Shown: piece by piece, positions 1-13,355 of the stretch
Layout of the letters: the number at the start of each line of letters is the position of its first letter
How positions within the stretch are numbered: position 1 is the stretch's first letter
Source of the DNA: Camelus dromedarius
Taxonomy: Eukaryota
DNA: 64,000 nucleotides
Direction of reading: 5' to 3'
NCBI RefSeq assembly: GCF_036321535.1
Contig: NC_087437.1
Coordinates: 70,496,001 to 70,560,000, forward strand
Program-made: the position numbers and the translations under genes
The notes under the pieces: generated by a model
Told to the model about the DNA's origin: nothing
The model's input: the letters and a program-made list of their open reading frames with translations, nothing else
Database searches by the model: none

Positions 1-39
1 AGAGGAACCAATAGTTCCTTTCGAACTTCATCAATGCTG

Positions 40-125
40 TATTAAATGTTTAGCATAATGCCTACTACTTAGTAAGCATTCATATTTATTTTTGAATGAT
101 TAAGTGAATGAGTTGATAAATGAAA
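40..125 (+). mobile_element. L2 3' end fragment
   Basis: tagcataatgcctactacttagtaagcattc...tgaatgattaagtgaatga resembles the L2 tail (gcctggcacatagtagg...ttgaatgaatgaa). Confidence 0.55.
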
Positions 126-299
126 TGTAATATTACATACATTAAATATTTTAATGGTCAGTAAAGTGGTTATGGGTATGTTAAGATCTTTGGAGTCCCT
201 AGCAAACAGTCATGGAAGCAATTCCTCAGGTTTGCACACAGCAGTTATATAGTAAGTGCACAGTGAAAAAACTACTTTGCTGTCTGGTTTCTTCAAGCA

Positions 300-600
300 G
301 CAAATGTGTTGAGTGGTCACCATGTGCACCACTTCTTATGGCAGCTGTTGTGGGGGCAAAGATGAATAGGCAGAGTGTTTCTCTCCAGGAGCTCCTAGTC
401 TTCTAGAGAAGACACACACTTAATATAGCCAACTGTACAAAGCAGAGTTACAGATAAACTATTATGGGAACATGAGAGAGGAAGGGAGAAATTCTGATTA
501 AAGAGTGTTTGAGATGGTTTCTTGGAGGAAAGTGGAACTAAATTAATAAGCCTCGAAGGTCATGAGGAACAGATAGTTGGCTATGATGGAGTGGAGAGAA
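300..600 (-). mobile_element. L2 fragment
   Basis: aaagatgaataggcagagtgtttctctccaggagctcctagtc and ggtttcttggaggaaagtgg are typical of the reverse-complemented L2 3' region. Confidence 0.6.
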
Positions 601-964
601 GCAGAGTTGCAGAAGTCTCTAAGTTTCAATCCCAAGTTAATAGAAATATACTAGATTTTCTTCTAATCTCCTATGAATTCCCAGCAACAGCTTGATGTTA
701 ACCTCTGTGGAAATACAAATGAAGGCTGTGATGGATACAATAATGACTAAAGTTAAATTATAACTCAGAGTCAAAATTTTAATCCCATTCAGCCACTGAA
801 TAGGAAATAAGATAAAGTATGCAAAAAGACTTTATAACTTCTAATTCTAAGGTATTAGAAATATAAAATTTTGTTATTATTAATAATGTGTAAAGTTTCC
901 ATGGTATGAAAGAAAATCTAGGGGATAAGAGGTTTAGGGACTTAGAATGGGATACCTTATGTAT

Positions 965-1165
965 GTATAGTGCCTTAAAGTTTAAAAGGTATCTTCCTAA
1001 ATTGCTGTCTTATTTATTTTCACAACAGCCCTTGAGGTTGCAGAACTGGCATTATTATTTCCATTTTACAAGTGAAGAAACTAAAGTTCGGAGAAGTTAA
1101 ATGACTTAGCCAAGGTCACACACTAAGTGTCAGAGCCAGATTTTCCCGACAGATTGTCTAGTTCT
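965..1165 (-). mobile_element. MIR SINE
   Basis: MIR core ccattttacaagtgaagaaactaaagttcggagaagttaaatgacttagccaaggtcacaca. Confidence 0.85.
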
Positions 1166-1570
1166 TTTCATATACCTCATTGTTACCCAGAAACAGAATA
1201 TGGGAGAATGATAAAGCTCGAGAAGCAGCATACATCTTGGTTCTAACTTTATTCAAAATGTTTTTGGTTGATTTAGTTTTATATCTGCATTTTCTCCATT
1301 TTGGTATAGGTAAAATATGCAAGACTAAAATTGAAGGAGGCAAGCATGGACAAGAAATGATTCTTTTGGTAACTGATAGGGGTAGGAAAATCATAATGGG
1401 TTGAAAGCATTTTAATTTATTTTCTTGACTTTTGAGTTAAAGAAAAGGTTTCAATGTGAAGGTGCAAAACACACTGCACTGAACTCATCTTGGAGGTAAC
1501 CAAAGGGCTGTGGGACTAACAGCTTTTGATATTACTTAGTGCTTATTATTGTTATTATTATTATTTCTTT

Positions 1571-1645
1571 TTAATTATGCAAAGTGCTAATCAGTTTGAT
1601 TATGCACAGTGCTAATCAGGTTAATTATGCAAAGTGCTAATCAGT
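1571..1645. repeat. Tandem repeat, 3 x 25 bp (ttaattatgcaaagtgctaatcagt)
   Basis: Units at 1571-1595, 1596-1620 and 1621-1645. Units 1 and 3 are identical; unit 2 differs at 3 positions. Confidence 0.95.
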
Positions 1646-3984
1646 TCTTCTTGAAGCACACGAGGAGAGCAGAGGTGCTGGCGGTGAATGGCGTAAGCTA
1701 GATGGGGGTAGTCACGGCAGTCATTCCTTATTAAGATAGGTGTAGACAAGATAGCAAGGGGGATTTATCCGTAAAGAAAGAGGAAAGGAAAGATAACTAT
1801 GAGCACAAGAAAGACTGTGGTTTTGGCAGGATGGTGCTTACGGGTAGAAAGCTGTTTTTTCCCCTGTTGCATAGTTTGGTTACATAGTCTCTGCTATATT
1901 TTGAAGGCACTCATTTGAAGCCAAAAGTACTGCAGAGGGAAAGAAACAGAGTATTGTATAGCTAGACAAGTTGTCAAAACAACTTATTGTAGTTGGCAAG
2001 CACCAATTCCTGGGAGGACAGTAGAGGAAGTAGAATCTAATAGACCTATACATGAAAGAGGACATCAATGAAAAGAATTGAAAAATTAAGGGAGTGCCAT
2101 TCTGATAAAATAAACAGGGCCATCTCACCGCTGTATTGTTATTGGGATGGCTGTCTGCGTAGCATATTTCCTGAGGTGATCTGAGGGCTTCTTGGTGCCG
2201 CAGTGGTCTCTACTGAGAGTCGTGATGACGAATATGACAATAAGGGTTTTATGTAATAGCTCCTAGTTGGATCAGCTTTGTTGCTGCTGAAATCAAAGTG
2301 AATTTTAATATTAACTTGCAGGTCTGTGCTTATTAAGCTGGGTGACTTCCTGTGAAGATGAGTTTATAGCAATATGTTCATATGTTTTTATAGAACAATG
2401 ACCGTGGAGCTCCCCTAGGAAAGCCCTTTTTATTCAGTCCTCCCATTCTGTTCTGGGGTTTGATAAGCTATCAGTGAAATGCTGTGATACCTACTTGTTT
2501 GAATGTGTTCAAAGAGCAGAAAGCATTTCAGGATTACTAAGTGAATAGTCTTTTTTTTTTTTTTTAATGTTTTTAGTACATGTAACTTTTCCTTTAGTTT
2601 GGAACTTGAGCAGATTTGTCATTTATATAAAGAATGGTTTGCTTCCCCCTTTATAACCTGACAGAGTGTTTATTGATCTTCCTTTTTTAGCCTATGTCAA
2701 AGCACAAGTTATCTTCACAAATGCCTGTAGTGAGCTTGATTTCTGGAAAAGTCCAAGTAATTGTTAGAGTGCTACAGAGGCAAAGTCATTGGAGGTCTTC
2801 AGAATAGGGCATATTAATGAGGTGTCTGTCCAGGCAGCATTAGCACTTGGAATAAAGACAAGCTTTCAGTTTTCTTTTTCCTTTAACCAAGATCAATTTC
2901 ATTTTACAATATGAAGAGAATGACATAAATCTTTGGTTTCCAGAGAGAGTCTGGAAAGGAGCTCCTTGTTAGAGGACAGCGCCCACAAATTGAGAAAGCC
3001 TGTTGGGGTCCCTTTGCGATTTGGCTGAAAAATTCTGTTATAAATAGTCCTTCTCCTCAGCTTCATGGGAACAGGGTTTTACAAGTGAAACATCGCTTCT
3101 GTATTCCCTACCCCCTTGAATCTAAGATAATAATGAAATGTTTATATTGTCACTTTATCAAAATCCTTTGAGTTATCTCCTGATGAGTTTAAAAAATTTT
3201 CTTAATGGTCCTACCTAAAGAGCACCTTACAAATTCCATTTATTGATGGTATGCTAAACTCTTGATTCCTGATAAAGACATTTGAACCCAAAGACTTTGC
3301 TATATAAGGCACTTAAAATGCCACTGGGAAATGATGAGGAGAAAATGTGATCCAAATGGCAAATAAAAAAAAATTCAGTGACATCTGACTGGTATGACCA
3401 GTCTCCTGAGTAGTTGTACACATGCACCTACATCACACCCACTCTCATGACCAGACCCATTCATACCTTCAAGAAACATACATTATTTGGGCACCTGCTT
3501 TTGTGAGCTGTGTGCTAGTAACTATGTGCCAGTAAACAGCACCATCGTATCTATGTGCTAGTTACAGTAGCAGATGCAATTAGCCAAAAGAGACAAGATG
3601 CCTGGCATCATAGAGCTCACCTACACAGGACAAGATGATATTTTTCTCGTGATCTTCAGCCTTAGGAACAAAGAGTTTGTACTTTATTTATCCTCAGAAC
3701 TCCTCTCCTTAGTAATCTATGTAATTCATCTAGTCGGTCTTGGTACATTCAAAATTTACAAAATAAGAGGTTGGACTACATGATTACAAGGTATTTCCAT
3801 CTCAAATATGCTATGCTAGAGTCTCTTAACTGATTAGACTGTAAAATGTATGTGTTCTTTACTATCATGCAAAGAGCCTTAGGATAATAGAAAGTCTTTC
3901 TTAGACTTTGGTCTTTGAGGAAATAAAGTCATTTTTGGCTAATTCTGTAGACATAACTTACTTGGATTTAGACCAAAATTGAAC

Positions 3985-4170
3985 ATATAAAGGGTGGACT
4001 TTAGAATCAGTCCTGAGTTTGAATCCTGGCTCTTCCAGTGACTAGTTGAGCAAGCCATAACTGCTTTGAGCCTCTGTTTCTTCATAGTTTCTGCCTCACA
4101 GGCTGGCTATGAGTATTAGTTCAAATAAACTGTATAAATCACTGCACTCAATGCCCAGTGGCACACTGGA
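3985..4170 (+). mobile_element. MIR SINE
   Basis: ggactttagaatcagtcctgagtttgaatcctggctc...gagcaagccataactgctttgagcctctgtttcttcat. Confidence 0.75.
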
Positions 4171-4719
4171 ACATGGCTTTGCTCCGTAGTCAGTCCCTTT
4201 TTTATTCCTGGCAATTGTAGTCTTTCTGGCTCTTGCTACCAAAAATATCTTGAACTAATTCAACTTCCTTTCCCCAAGCTGCTTTTTCCTGCATTAAGCC
4301 TGTACTTCAATTAGCTCAGTATTTTTTCTCCCATTACATCTTTACAGTTTATTTCTCTTTGTTCTCCTTTTTATGTGCTTTGACCACTTCCCTGCTATTC
4401 TGAGTCAATTTTGGGGTTACTTATATTCACCATATGTAACATAGCCTTGAAAAAATGTGTATGGCTATAATTCAAGTTGATTATAGAGAAATATTCTGTC
4501 TGTGTCAGAACTGGACTGGAGTTGTTTATATTTTTGACCTCCTGAGTATACTGGAAACTTCTTGAGGGCAAGGCTAGTATATTCCCAGTATTTAGAATGT
4601 GCTTTGCCAATAAGAATTCCACAACCTAGCAAGGGACAAGAATTCTAAAGCAATAGCATATGTGATCTACTAGTGGGGAAAATGTTGTGGAAGTGGAGAT
4701 GTTGAAAGCTTCATGGACC

Positions 4720-4940
4720 AGACATTAGGAAGGCTTCCTGGAACAAATAATGTTTGAGTTTGACCTTTTGAAAAAAAAGTACTTTTTTTTTTCCTTATGG
4801 AAAAAGGGAAGAGAAAATGAATCCTAGGCAAAGATAAGAGCTCATATGTACAAAAGCTGATTGATAGCTGGAAGGCAGGGGATCATGTGACACAAAGGTA
4901 GACTAGAAAGGTAGATTGGAAGCATATTATGAAGGACCAG
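4720..4940 (-). mobile_element. L2 fragment
   Basis: aggaaggcttcctggaacaaataatgtttgagtttgacctt and gactagaaaggtagattggaagcatattatgaagg match reverse L2. Confidence 0.55.
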
Positions 4941-6374
4941 TGAGTTGTTTAGAGTCTTGTATAAATAATCCTAACTTTCAAAAGTAAGTGAATATTTGCA
5001 GTAAAGAGAACTTTTCATTGTAAGAGTATAGATACTAGCTCTTTGTGTGAAAAAAGAAATGGTAACATTAAGCAGCCAATGAATACAGGAAAAAGGACAA
5101 TGAGGGATCATCTCAAAAAGAAGGTTCAAATCTGAGTTTAAGCTCTACTCTATGCATGCCCTATGACCTTAAGCACTCTGCTTCCTGAACCATATCCATT
5201 ATTATCACTCACTACCTCTTATTTGAACTTACGTGAATTTAAGTCACTTCTATCTATTATAACTAAAAAGGGCTCTTACCTTGGATGCTTTTGGATCTCA
5301 GAACTTGAAGATGATTGATCTTGTTTAATGAGAAAGATGAATTTTATATTAGTAGCACATTTAGCTCAAGCCAGTGGGAAGATATTTGGGAAGAGAAAGA
5401 AGATGAATAAGAACAATATTGTTCTGACCAGAAGAATGTGAAAAGGACATAACATAAACATAAACATAAAAGTGACATTGCTGCTCAAACTGTCTAAGAA
5501 GACAAACATACTGAAAGATGGAATTATCAGATTGTTGCATTTGGGGGATGGACATAGAGACACATAAACCTGAAGGAAAAAAGAGACCATGGAGTGCCCT
5601 ATTTCTCTACCCTGTATGTTGAAAGTTAATTCACGTGGCTGATAACGAACCAAAATATGAGATGGGAGGGGAGATGTTCAGAGGAGATATTAAGAGAGCA
5701 CTGGCCAGTGGTCTGCAAACCTTTGAGGTCTGCATACTCTTGTGTAAGTGTTCACAGCCCTCTCCTTTTGTCTGCCTCAGCTTTCCCTCCTTCTCTTCCT
5801 TCTAAGAACTATGTGCAAGCTATTAGGTGTAAGGACTTTACCGACGTAGAATCAGGGTATGGGAAACAGCTGGGAAAGTGAGAATGGCTGGGGGAAAGGT
5901 GGGAGGGCTCTTTATAAAGTGCCAGAATTTTGCTAGAGTAAGAGGAAAGGAATAGAGATGGAAAGAAAAATAAACAGGGAATTGGGGTGGGAAATGCTTG
6001 TGAGGGATAGATGGGATAGAGAGAGGTTTGGGCTGGGAGGTAAAAGGAAGAATGGAGAGTGATTCGGAGGCATAGTTGCTGAGCATTAACAATGTGGCCA
6101 AGACAGAAGAAATGGGTTCTTCTCTCCCTCTTTTTAGTATTTTCTTGAGAAACTGAACAAAAATTGAAATTGTTTTTAGTATGCTTTTTACACTTGGCTA
6201 TTATTTCTTTGGATCAAAATCAGATGTATTCTGGGCCACAATGTTGTTCACACAGTCCACCTCCATCACAACACAGTGAAGAAATGAGGAATTGTTCCAG
6301 TGTTTCATAATAAGTCTGTAGACTTCTTCTGTGATTTATGCTTTGTTCCTCGGTTGTTCTTGATTAACATCAAG

Positions 6375-6409
6375 AACAGTTTAACAGTTTAACAGTTTAT
6401 CAGTTTAAC
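6375..6409. repeat. Short tandem repeat (aacagttt) x4
   Basis: aacagttt aacagttt aacagttt atcagttt aac, read directly. Confidence 0.9.
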
Positions 6410-8919
6410 CCCATAAAAGAATAGGAGGGAAGAGATGAGGGCCAACCAGTACGTGATTCATACCAGACAGCAGTCCCCTCAACATGGTCTAACTTCTAGT
6501 GCATTTCACCTACATGCTGATATTAGTTCACATTCTTATACTTGTTAGGGATCAGATTTTCAAAGCAGTTTTATGTTAACCACCATAAATTCATGCTTAG
6601 TTTCAGAAGAAGGAATGCTACATTTTAGGCTATTATTATGTTTTAGAATAATCTTTGGGTGATTAGATAGCCAGTTAATCAAGATTCCTATAAGAAATGT
6701 TAGCAAATAAACAGTATCCAATAAATTACTATTAGCCATTGTTGTTACTTGGTGTAATCCAATGCACTTTAACCAGGGTAATTGTTGAGTCATGAAATTG
6801 TTCTCTGTGAGATTAGCCACTGACATACATGGATGTGCTTCACTTCATTTGTGTGGGAATTTGGTGCCACCCAGGGCTAGGATTTCAAGGGCTGTGTGAA
6901 GACTTCCTGACATAAATAACACCCTTTTTATATGGTAAATTTTATACATTACCTAATGTCCATTTTGGAAACTTTCTTTTGCTTTTACTTAGGGCATTAA
7001 AAAAGGAATACAGCTTCATAAATTTACATTTTTTTTGATGTTTTTTAGAAAAGGAATTCCCACTGGATTATGTAACATTAAGCATATGGCTACACAAAGA
7101 TGAGAAAAGCTGTGGCCATCAGGAATAAATATTGATAAAAATTCTGATGGAATTTCACATGTGTAGTTCATTGTGAGAAAAGTAGAAATACTTATATAGA
7201 ACTTAGATAAGGAAATAGTCTGTTTTTTAATAAAAATATAAATGGGAGCATTTGTTATTAAAATGGTAGCCTTTGAAATTGGCTTCCTGCTTTCATGTAA
7301 GAGGAAACACCTTAAGTTAGATGATTTTTTTTCCTCTGATAAGAGTGAAAAATAATCAAATCAATCTATACACAGTTTATTATGAAAAAAATACTTGGAA
7401 GAATTCTGTTGGTATAAGCTAATGCAATATGGCAGTTTGTTTATTAAAAAGTGTTTTGAATGTCCTCTTCCACTGATCATGTACAACTGGTGTAAACAAA
7501 GATCCTGTGTGTGGTAGAGGGCCTGTATTTGCATTCCTTTGTGTGTTTAGACATTCTTTAGCAGGACTTATTTTTCTCTTTATTGACAACATTCCTTAGT
7601 CCTTTGTATAATTATAATATGTACATCATCAGCGGCAACATTTTAGTGTGCAGTGAGGGTAAGTTCTTCAGTCCATGTAGCAAGACAAATATAGAAATTC
7701 ATTGTATCGGTTTTGATTCTTCGGGCACAATAGGTCTGCTCCATGAACTGTCCATTGCACAGGACAAAATGCTGTGCTCAGGAGAGATGAAGGCAGCTGA
7801 AGAGTCAAGAAAAGCTGCCTTGGTATTGTTTGGGGAGTGCCTGGCTTCTCATCTGCTCGGGAAGGAGCAGGCCTTATTGCCAGTTGCCAAGTGCTCTAAT
7901 GCTGAGAAGTGTGTCAGCTGTGGTTACTCTGGGGATTTTGGCGGCGATAAGCACTTTTCCTTGAGAAGAATCATCATAGATGCCACACATTGGAATTGGA
8001 AGAATTGCTTTTATTTTCTATTTTCTTTAAAAATCAAATTTGCTTTTCCTTCCTTTCCCAGCTGTTGCAGCTTCCTTGGTTTTTAGCTCAGACGATGGGA
8101 GTAACACATGTTCACTTAGACCCAGAAAAAAGCTCACTTCTTTTCTTCCTGTGTGAACTCTTTGAAGTGGAGATACTGGCAAACCCTAATTGAAAAATGT
8201 ATTCAGAACGTGAATAGTCAGAGAGGGGTGTTTGCAGATGAAGACCACAGTGGGTGAGAGTAATTGAATCAATATTTCAAGGATATCAGTGTAAATCACA
8301 TGCATTAGGAAACTTGAATTTGCCATCTCCAGAATGTTTTTAGCTGAAAACCTTGGGGGCTTAACCTGTTCCTTAGAGAAGTCTTTTGATTTTCCATAGT
8401 TTATAGCTGGGAACAAAATGCATATGTAGAAGTTGGATTGGCTGAATTAGTATACAGTAAGTCAGGCATCAAACAAACCTGACCTTTTCTGTTGATTCTT
8501 TCGCTGTCCCTATAATCCCTTACCTCTCAAAGGAGAAGGTCACATCTGTATTCCTACTGAGTTTGGGAATGGTAAAGAACCAAAATTCCCTTCCAGGTCA
8601 CTGTAGGGAAGGATGAATGAAGTAGCTTTTATTCTTGATGTTCATATCAAACTAGTTTCTCCGTCCTCTCTTATTTTACATAAAGACACTAATCATCTGA
8701 GCTAGCTGCAGATTGTGTTTTAGAATTTGCCCCATCCTTTCATAAGAGCCTAGTGCCCACAGACTATTTATCCTCCTCCTCTGAACCTATCTTTACTCTC
8801 CTTATTGAAGGGAGCTTTGCCATCCTGTAACTTCTTTTCTGTTGGGTTTTCTCAGGAAAGCAATTTAAGAAACAGTGATTCACTATTTCTGTATGTCAGA
8901 CATCAGACATTTTGCATAC

Positions 8920-9542
8920 TGTATTGTCAGGGTTTTCCAGAGAAAAAGAACCAAAAGGATGTAGATAGATAGATAGATACATGTGATACATAGAAAGATA
9001 GACAGATTGATCTATCTATGTATCTACCTATCTATAGCCACCCACCCATCCCCCCCAACACACATTTATTATAAGGAATTGGTTCACAAGATTTTGACAG
9101 TTGACAAGTCCCAAGATCATTAGCTGGCAAACTGGAGAGCAGGAGAACTAATGGTGTGATCCCAGTACAAGCCTGAAGGTCTGAGAACTAGAAGAGCTGA
9201 TGGTGTATTTCTAATCCAAAGGCTGGTAGGTTCAAGACTCAGGAAGTGTCAATGTTTTCAGTTCAAGTCCAAAGGCAGGAAAAAACTGATGTCACAACTC
9301 AAACACAGGCAGGCAGGACGAGTTCCCTATTACTCTCAGGGTGGTCAGCCTTTCTGTTTTATTCAGATCTTCAACTGATTCCATGGGGGCCACAGACATT
9401 AGGGAGAGCAATCTGCTTTATTCAGTCTATAGATTCAAATGTTAGTATCATCCAAAACCACCCTCACAGACATACCCAGAATATGTTTGACCAGATATCT
9501 GGGTACTCTAGGGCCCAGTCAGGCTGACACATAGCCATCACA
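8920..9542 (-). mobile_element. MLT2-family (ERVL) solo LTR with an internal GATA-type simple repeat
   Basis: Begins tgtattgtcagggttttccagagaaaaagaacca and ends gacacatagccatcaca (TG...CA termini). Contains tattataaggaattggttcaca and ctgctttattcagtctatagattcaaatgtta, which are MLT2 hallmarks. Confidence 0.9.
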
Positions 9543-9624
9543 CTGCATTACCTGACCAAAATATGGCCAAAAACCCCATAAGGTAAACACTATTGGTTAT
9601 TATCACCAAATTTAATTATTGAAC

Positions 9625-9850
9625 ATACTGGTTTCTGGAGCGAGGTTAACCTTAGACAAATTCTGTCTCTACCACTTATAGTATAACTGGAGGCAAGTTA
9701 TTTAACCTTGGTTTCCTTAGCTACTTTGAGGATTATAATACTTCATACCTTGTTGAGTTACTGTGAGAATTAAATGAACTAATACATGTAAAACACTTAG
9801 CTTTGATGATTGGAACATAGTTTAGTACTCAATGAAGGCTAGCTACATTT
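9625..9850 (+). mobile_element. MIR SINE
   Basis: ggcaagttatttaacct...gttactgtgagaattaaatgaactaatacatgtaaaacacttagc. Confidence 0.8.
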
Positions 9851-9859
9851 TATACACAC

Positions 9860-9985
9860 AAAGAATTAAAGATTCATAGAGGTTAAGATCCTTGCCCAAG
9901 CTCACATAGCCAGTAAGTGGTGAAATTAGGATCTGAACTTATGCTGTCTGACTCCAAAATCATGCATTCAACCATTCCTCCCTAC
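9860..9985 (-). mobile_element. MIR SINE
   Basis: agaggttaagatccttgcccaagctcacatagccagtaagtggtgaaattaggatctgaac...tctgactccaaa. Confidence 0.8.
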
Positions 9986-9999
9986 TAATCTCTACTTTA

Positions 10000-10190
10000 T
10001 AGGGAAGCAGTCTAATATAATAGCTAAAACTCTCGTGTCGGACTCCATGGGTTCAAACGCTGACTCTCTCACTTACCAGAAGACTTTAGGCAAGTTACTT
10101 AACTTCTGTGTACCTTGGCTGCCTCATCTCTAAAATAGGAGTAAAATGGTACAGTACCCTTCTCAGAGTAGCATAGGATTGAATGATTTC
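10000..10190 (+). mobile_element. MIR SINE
   Basis: tgggttcaaacgctgactctctcacttacca...ggcaagttacttaacttctgtgtaccttggctgcctcatctctaaaatagga. Confidence 0.8.
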
Positions 10191-12959
10191 TAGGCACACT
10201 GCCTTTTTCTATGAATTTTAAGTGATAGAATTTCAGCTACGGGAAGAGTGTAGAGGAGAGATTTCTTCAGTTGCCCTCAAATTATACCAGTTGACCCCTG
10301 GATGGGTAAAATTTATAAAGTATTGAAAGCACATTAATGTATTTTCAATATTCAGGTAGCCTTGTTTTGAAACAAATTTCTTAGGAAACTTTCGAGAAAG
10401 AAAATGAAAATGATGTTTTTTATTCATAATAATAGTATTTATCCTCAAAATTAAGTTGAAACCAGTGGATAGGAGATGGAAGTAAACCAAGAAGGGGTCC
10501 ATTACAGAATGAAAACCCAAGGGCCTCTTTTTGTGACTCTCTTGCCCATTTAATAGGAAGGTGGAAGAAATCCACTACCAGGACCAAATACTTCCCTCTC
10601 CCGGACACAAGACAAGAAGACTCAGAACTTCTGAATGTTGTATCTGACTTTTCATCTGTAAACCAAAAGCAGCTGAAAAGGCAAGAGCCCTGGAGAACTG
10701 TTTTCCTACATATGTATTTGTTTTTAGACAAATGTGTTTGTTTGAAGATCTGAACACCATGGAAATGGGCACCATGGAAATGCATAGTTGCGGGGTAGAA
10801 GCCCTAGAAGTGTTGACTCAATCCTGGATCATCCTGTGTGATGGATTAAATGCCACACGCTTCCGTTTGCTGTGTGTGAGGTCTTTCAGCATGGTTTATA
10901 ATAAATGGCAATCCTGTATGAAGGACATAAGAAACTTACTCATTTTTTTTCGAGAGATTAGTGAGAGGTTGGTTGTCATCTGGCTCTTGATTATGGAAAG
11001 AAAATTCCAGAGAAAAATCATATTGTGTGTCTTAAGCCCCCCCCAAAATGTTTATGTACACATGAAATCAGGCTAAAATTAATATTAAGGGCAGCTTTGA
11101 AGGGGAAACATAAAATCCATATGCAGTTTGAAAGGAGTGTGGAAATGAAGGGGAGAAAAATGTAGGGTTTCCCTCATGTCTAAAAGTGGTTGGAGAAATC
11201 ATAAACCAATTACATATCATCTTCAACACTTTTGTTTACTCCTTACTTCCTTTTACAATGTAACTCCTAAAGCCGTAGCTAGAACTCCGTCTTCCTTACC
11301 AACTTTCTCCTTGAGTTACGCATACTATCCATCAGCCTCTTATAATTTGGAATCTTCTGAAAACAGAAAATAGTTGTGGATGTTATTATGTGAAAACTAT
11401 TGGAATCAGATGAAAATTTTATGGTAAACATCAGATGGAAATGTCCTCCCTGGTATATAATAGCAGTTACTTTATCATTATATCTTTTTATTTTCGTAGA
11501 ATTATAAGGATTACTTCTCTCTCTCTCTTTTTGTTGTTTCTTGGCAATTGACATGAGCAACATTACTCAAAGGAAAAAAGAAAAAAAATTTTGAGAAATA
11601 GGAGACCGAGAGGGAAAATGTAATTGAGTCTGGAAACCTTTCTGCCTCAGCTAAATAAATAAGAAATGATAAGAAGCACAATATAATAAGAGATGAGAAA
11701 TACTGAGTTTCAAGCAGACTGTTTTATTTAATTGCATTTAATTTTATTGGATTGAATTTGATAGAGACAATGTCAATGGACATGTACAAGAAGACTGGTA
11801 GTGGAATGCCTAGGGCCATGGTGTTGTTGACATGAACATGTATAAACAGAAAAGGGATGTGGAGTAATTTTGAATATAATAGTGATTTTTAGATATCAGA
11901 TTTCGGTTTTTCAAATGCACAGAGCCAGCAGGTTGAAGCAGATCTGTCACTTGTATCAAGTTCTTGATTTCAATATAATGGAAATCAAAAACATCAATAC
12001 CATGTTTTTTCTTTTCTTCCTTTGCCAACAAATGTTTAGAGTGTTTTCCTAGCATTGTTGAACTCCTAGCTAAAATATATATTTCAGCTTAATTTCTGGA
12101 GGAGAAATAAACCTTAAGTGGGCTGTTAGTAACAGCTAAACATTAAACTTAGGTTGCCTTGGAGCTCCTTGGCTTTCTTCAATGCAAAGCTTCCAGAACA
12201 CACCTGAGGAATCAGTTTACAAGCAGAATTATTTTCAAAAGCTTGATTTTGTGTCCTAAAAGTGAAGCCGAAAGACCTGAGATTGTTTTCAAAAACTAAA
12301 CATGTCCAGCAGATTATTAAAATGAAATAAATTCGCTTATGCACACTCATCAACAAGCCACACTTTGGTCAGTTATGTTTTGAGACAATTTTGTAGTAGA
12401 CAGAGATAGCTTCCAAAGGGTGACCATAGATGAGATCTAGCCTTTGTAGGAAGCTTTGCAAGACCTTCTTTATCCTGTAATATTTTGTGTACTTTTTTAT
12501 TTCTTTCACTGAAATGGCATCAGTCTTGAACTTACACATTAAGACGTGTATCTGGATTCCAATTTTCTGCAGTCCAAATGAAACTCTTGAGTGTCTTTAC
12601 ATAGGTGTCTTTATATAGGTGAAGTTGAGAATTGACAATATGGATAACTAAAATAGATAACTCAGACCTTTCAGAACTCACCCTGATGCTAAATTAACTT
12701 TTCATACATTGATCAGATTGTCAAGGTAATTGTCAGCTAACCACCTACTTCATGGATATATATTTTAAATAATCAGCACACCTACATTTCTCTATAGTGT
12801 CCTCATGGACACCCAAAAAGAGGCTGAATTGTTGAAGCATTGGCAAATTAGGGTGATAAAATTGTAAACCCAAACAAGCAAGAATTTATAGAAAATTCCT
12901 GCCTCATAATTGCATTATATACAAAGACAACTTTCTCTCAGATGCATAAAACATTAATT

Positions 12960-13055
12960 TAAGCTCCCTAACAACAAGGACCTTATCTTTATTCCTAGAA
13001 CCTCTTATAATACCAGGCATGTAGTGTAAGCTCAATAAATATTTGTTAAATAGGT
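12960..13055 (+). mobile_element. L2 3' end
   Basis: taccaggcatgtagtgtaagctcaataaatatttgttaaat. Confidence 0.65.
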
Positions 13056-13234
13056 AAATTCTATTGTAAAGAGGCTCACTGCTATCTTACATTTAGTTAC
13101 GCACTGGGCCAAATCAAACGTCTTTCTTCCTCCTCCACTTTCAAGAGCAAGCATTTACATAGGCAGTTTCTAAGTTCCAAACAGGTTGTGTTTAAAAATT
13201 CATACAGTTAGTCATTTGGAACCAAGAATGCTTC

Positions 13235-13355
13235 TCTCATTCATACGTTTATTTCAAGTACCGATTCAGCAGTCACTCTGGCCCAGGCACAGTTCTAGGC
13301 TTGGGGGATACAGTGGTGAACAAGACACAAAGTACCTATTTCCTAGCTCTTAGAC
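13235..13355 (-). mobile_element. L2 3' end
   Basis: cactctggcccaggcacagttctaggcttgggggatacagtggtgaacaagaca. Confidence 0.75.

Noticed and set aside
2217..2294. C/D-box snoRNA-like arrangement (GTGATGA ... CTGA about 65 nt apart)
   Set aside because: Weak terminal stem, no clear C'/D' boxes, and the only rRNA-like complement I noticed (tcagctttg) is 9 nt and not adjacent to the D box.
5512..5569. 58-nt minus-strand exon-like unit (ttttttccttcag ... CA|gtatgt)
   Set aside because: Weak donor, unrecognised peptides and no linkage to other exons.
7583..8086. Longest ORF (167 aa) as a standalone gene
   Set aside because: TTG start, no recognisable domain, a strong splice donor inside it, and a length attainable by chance in 64 kb across six frames.
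8524..8600. 77-nt minus-strand exon-like unit (ccttccctacag ... GAG|gtaagg)
   Set aside because: Stops in all three frames and no other support; indistinguishable from a common pseudo-exon.
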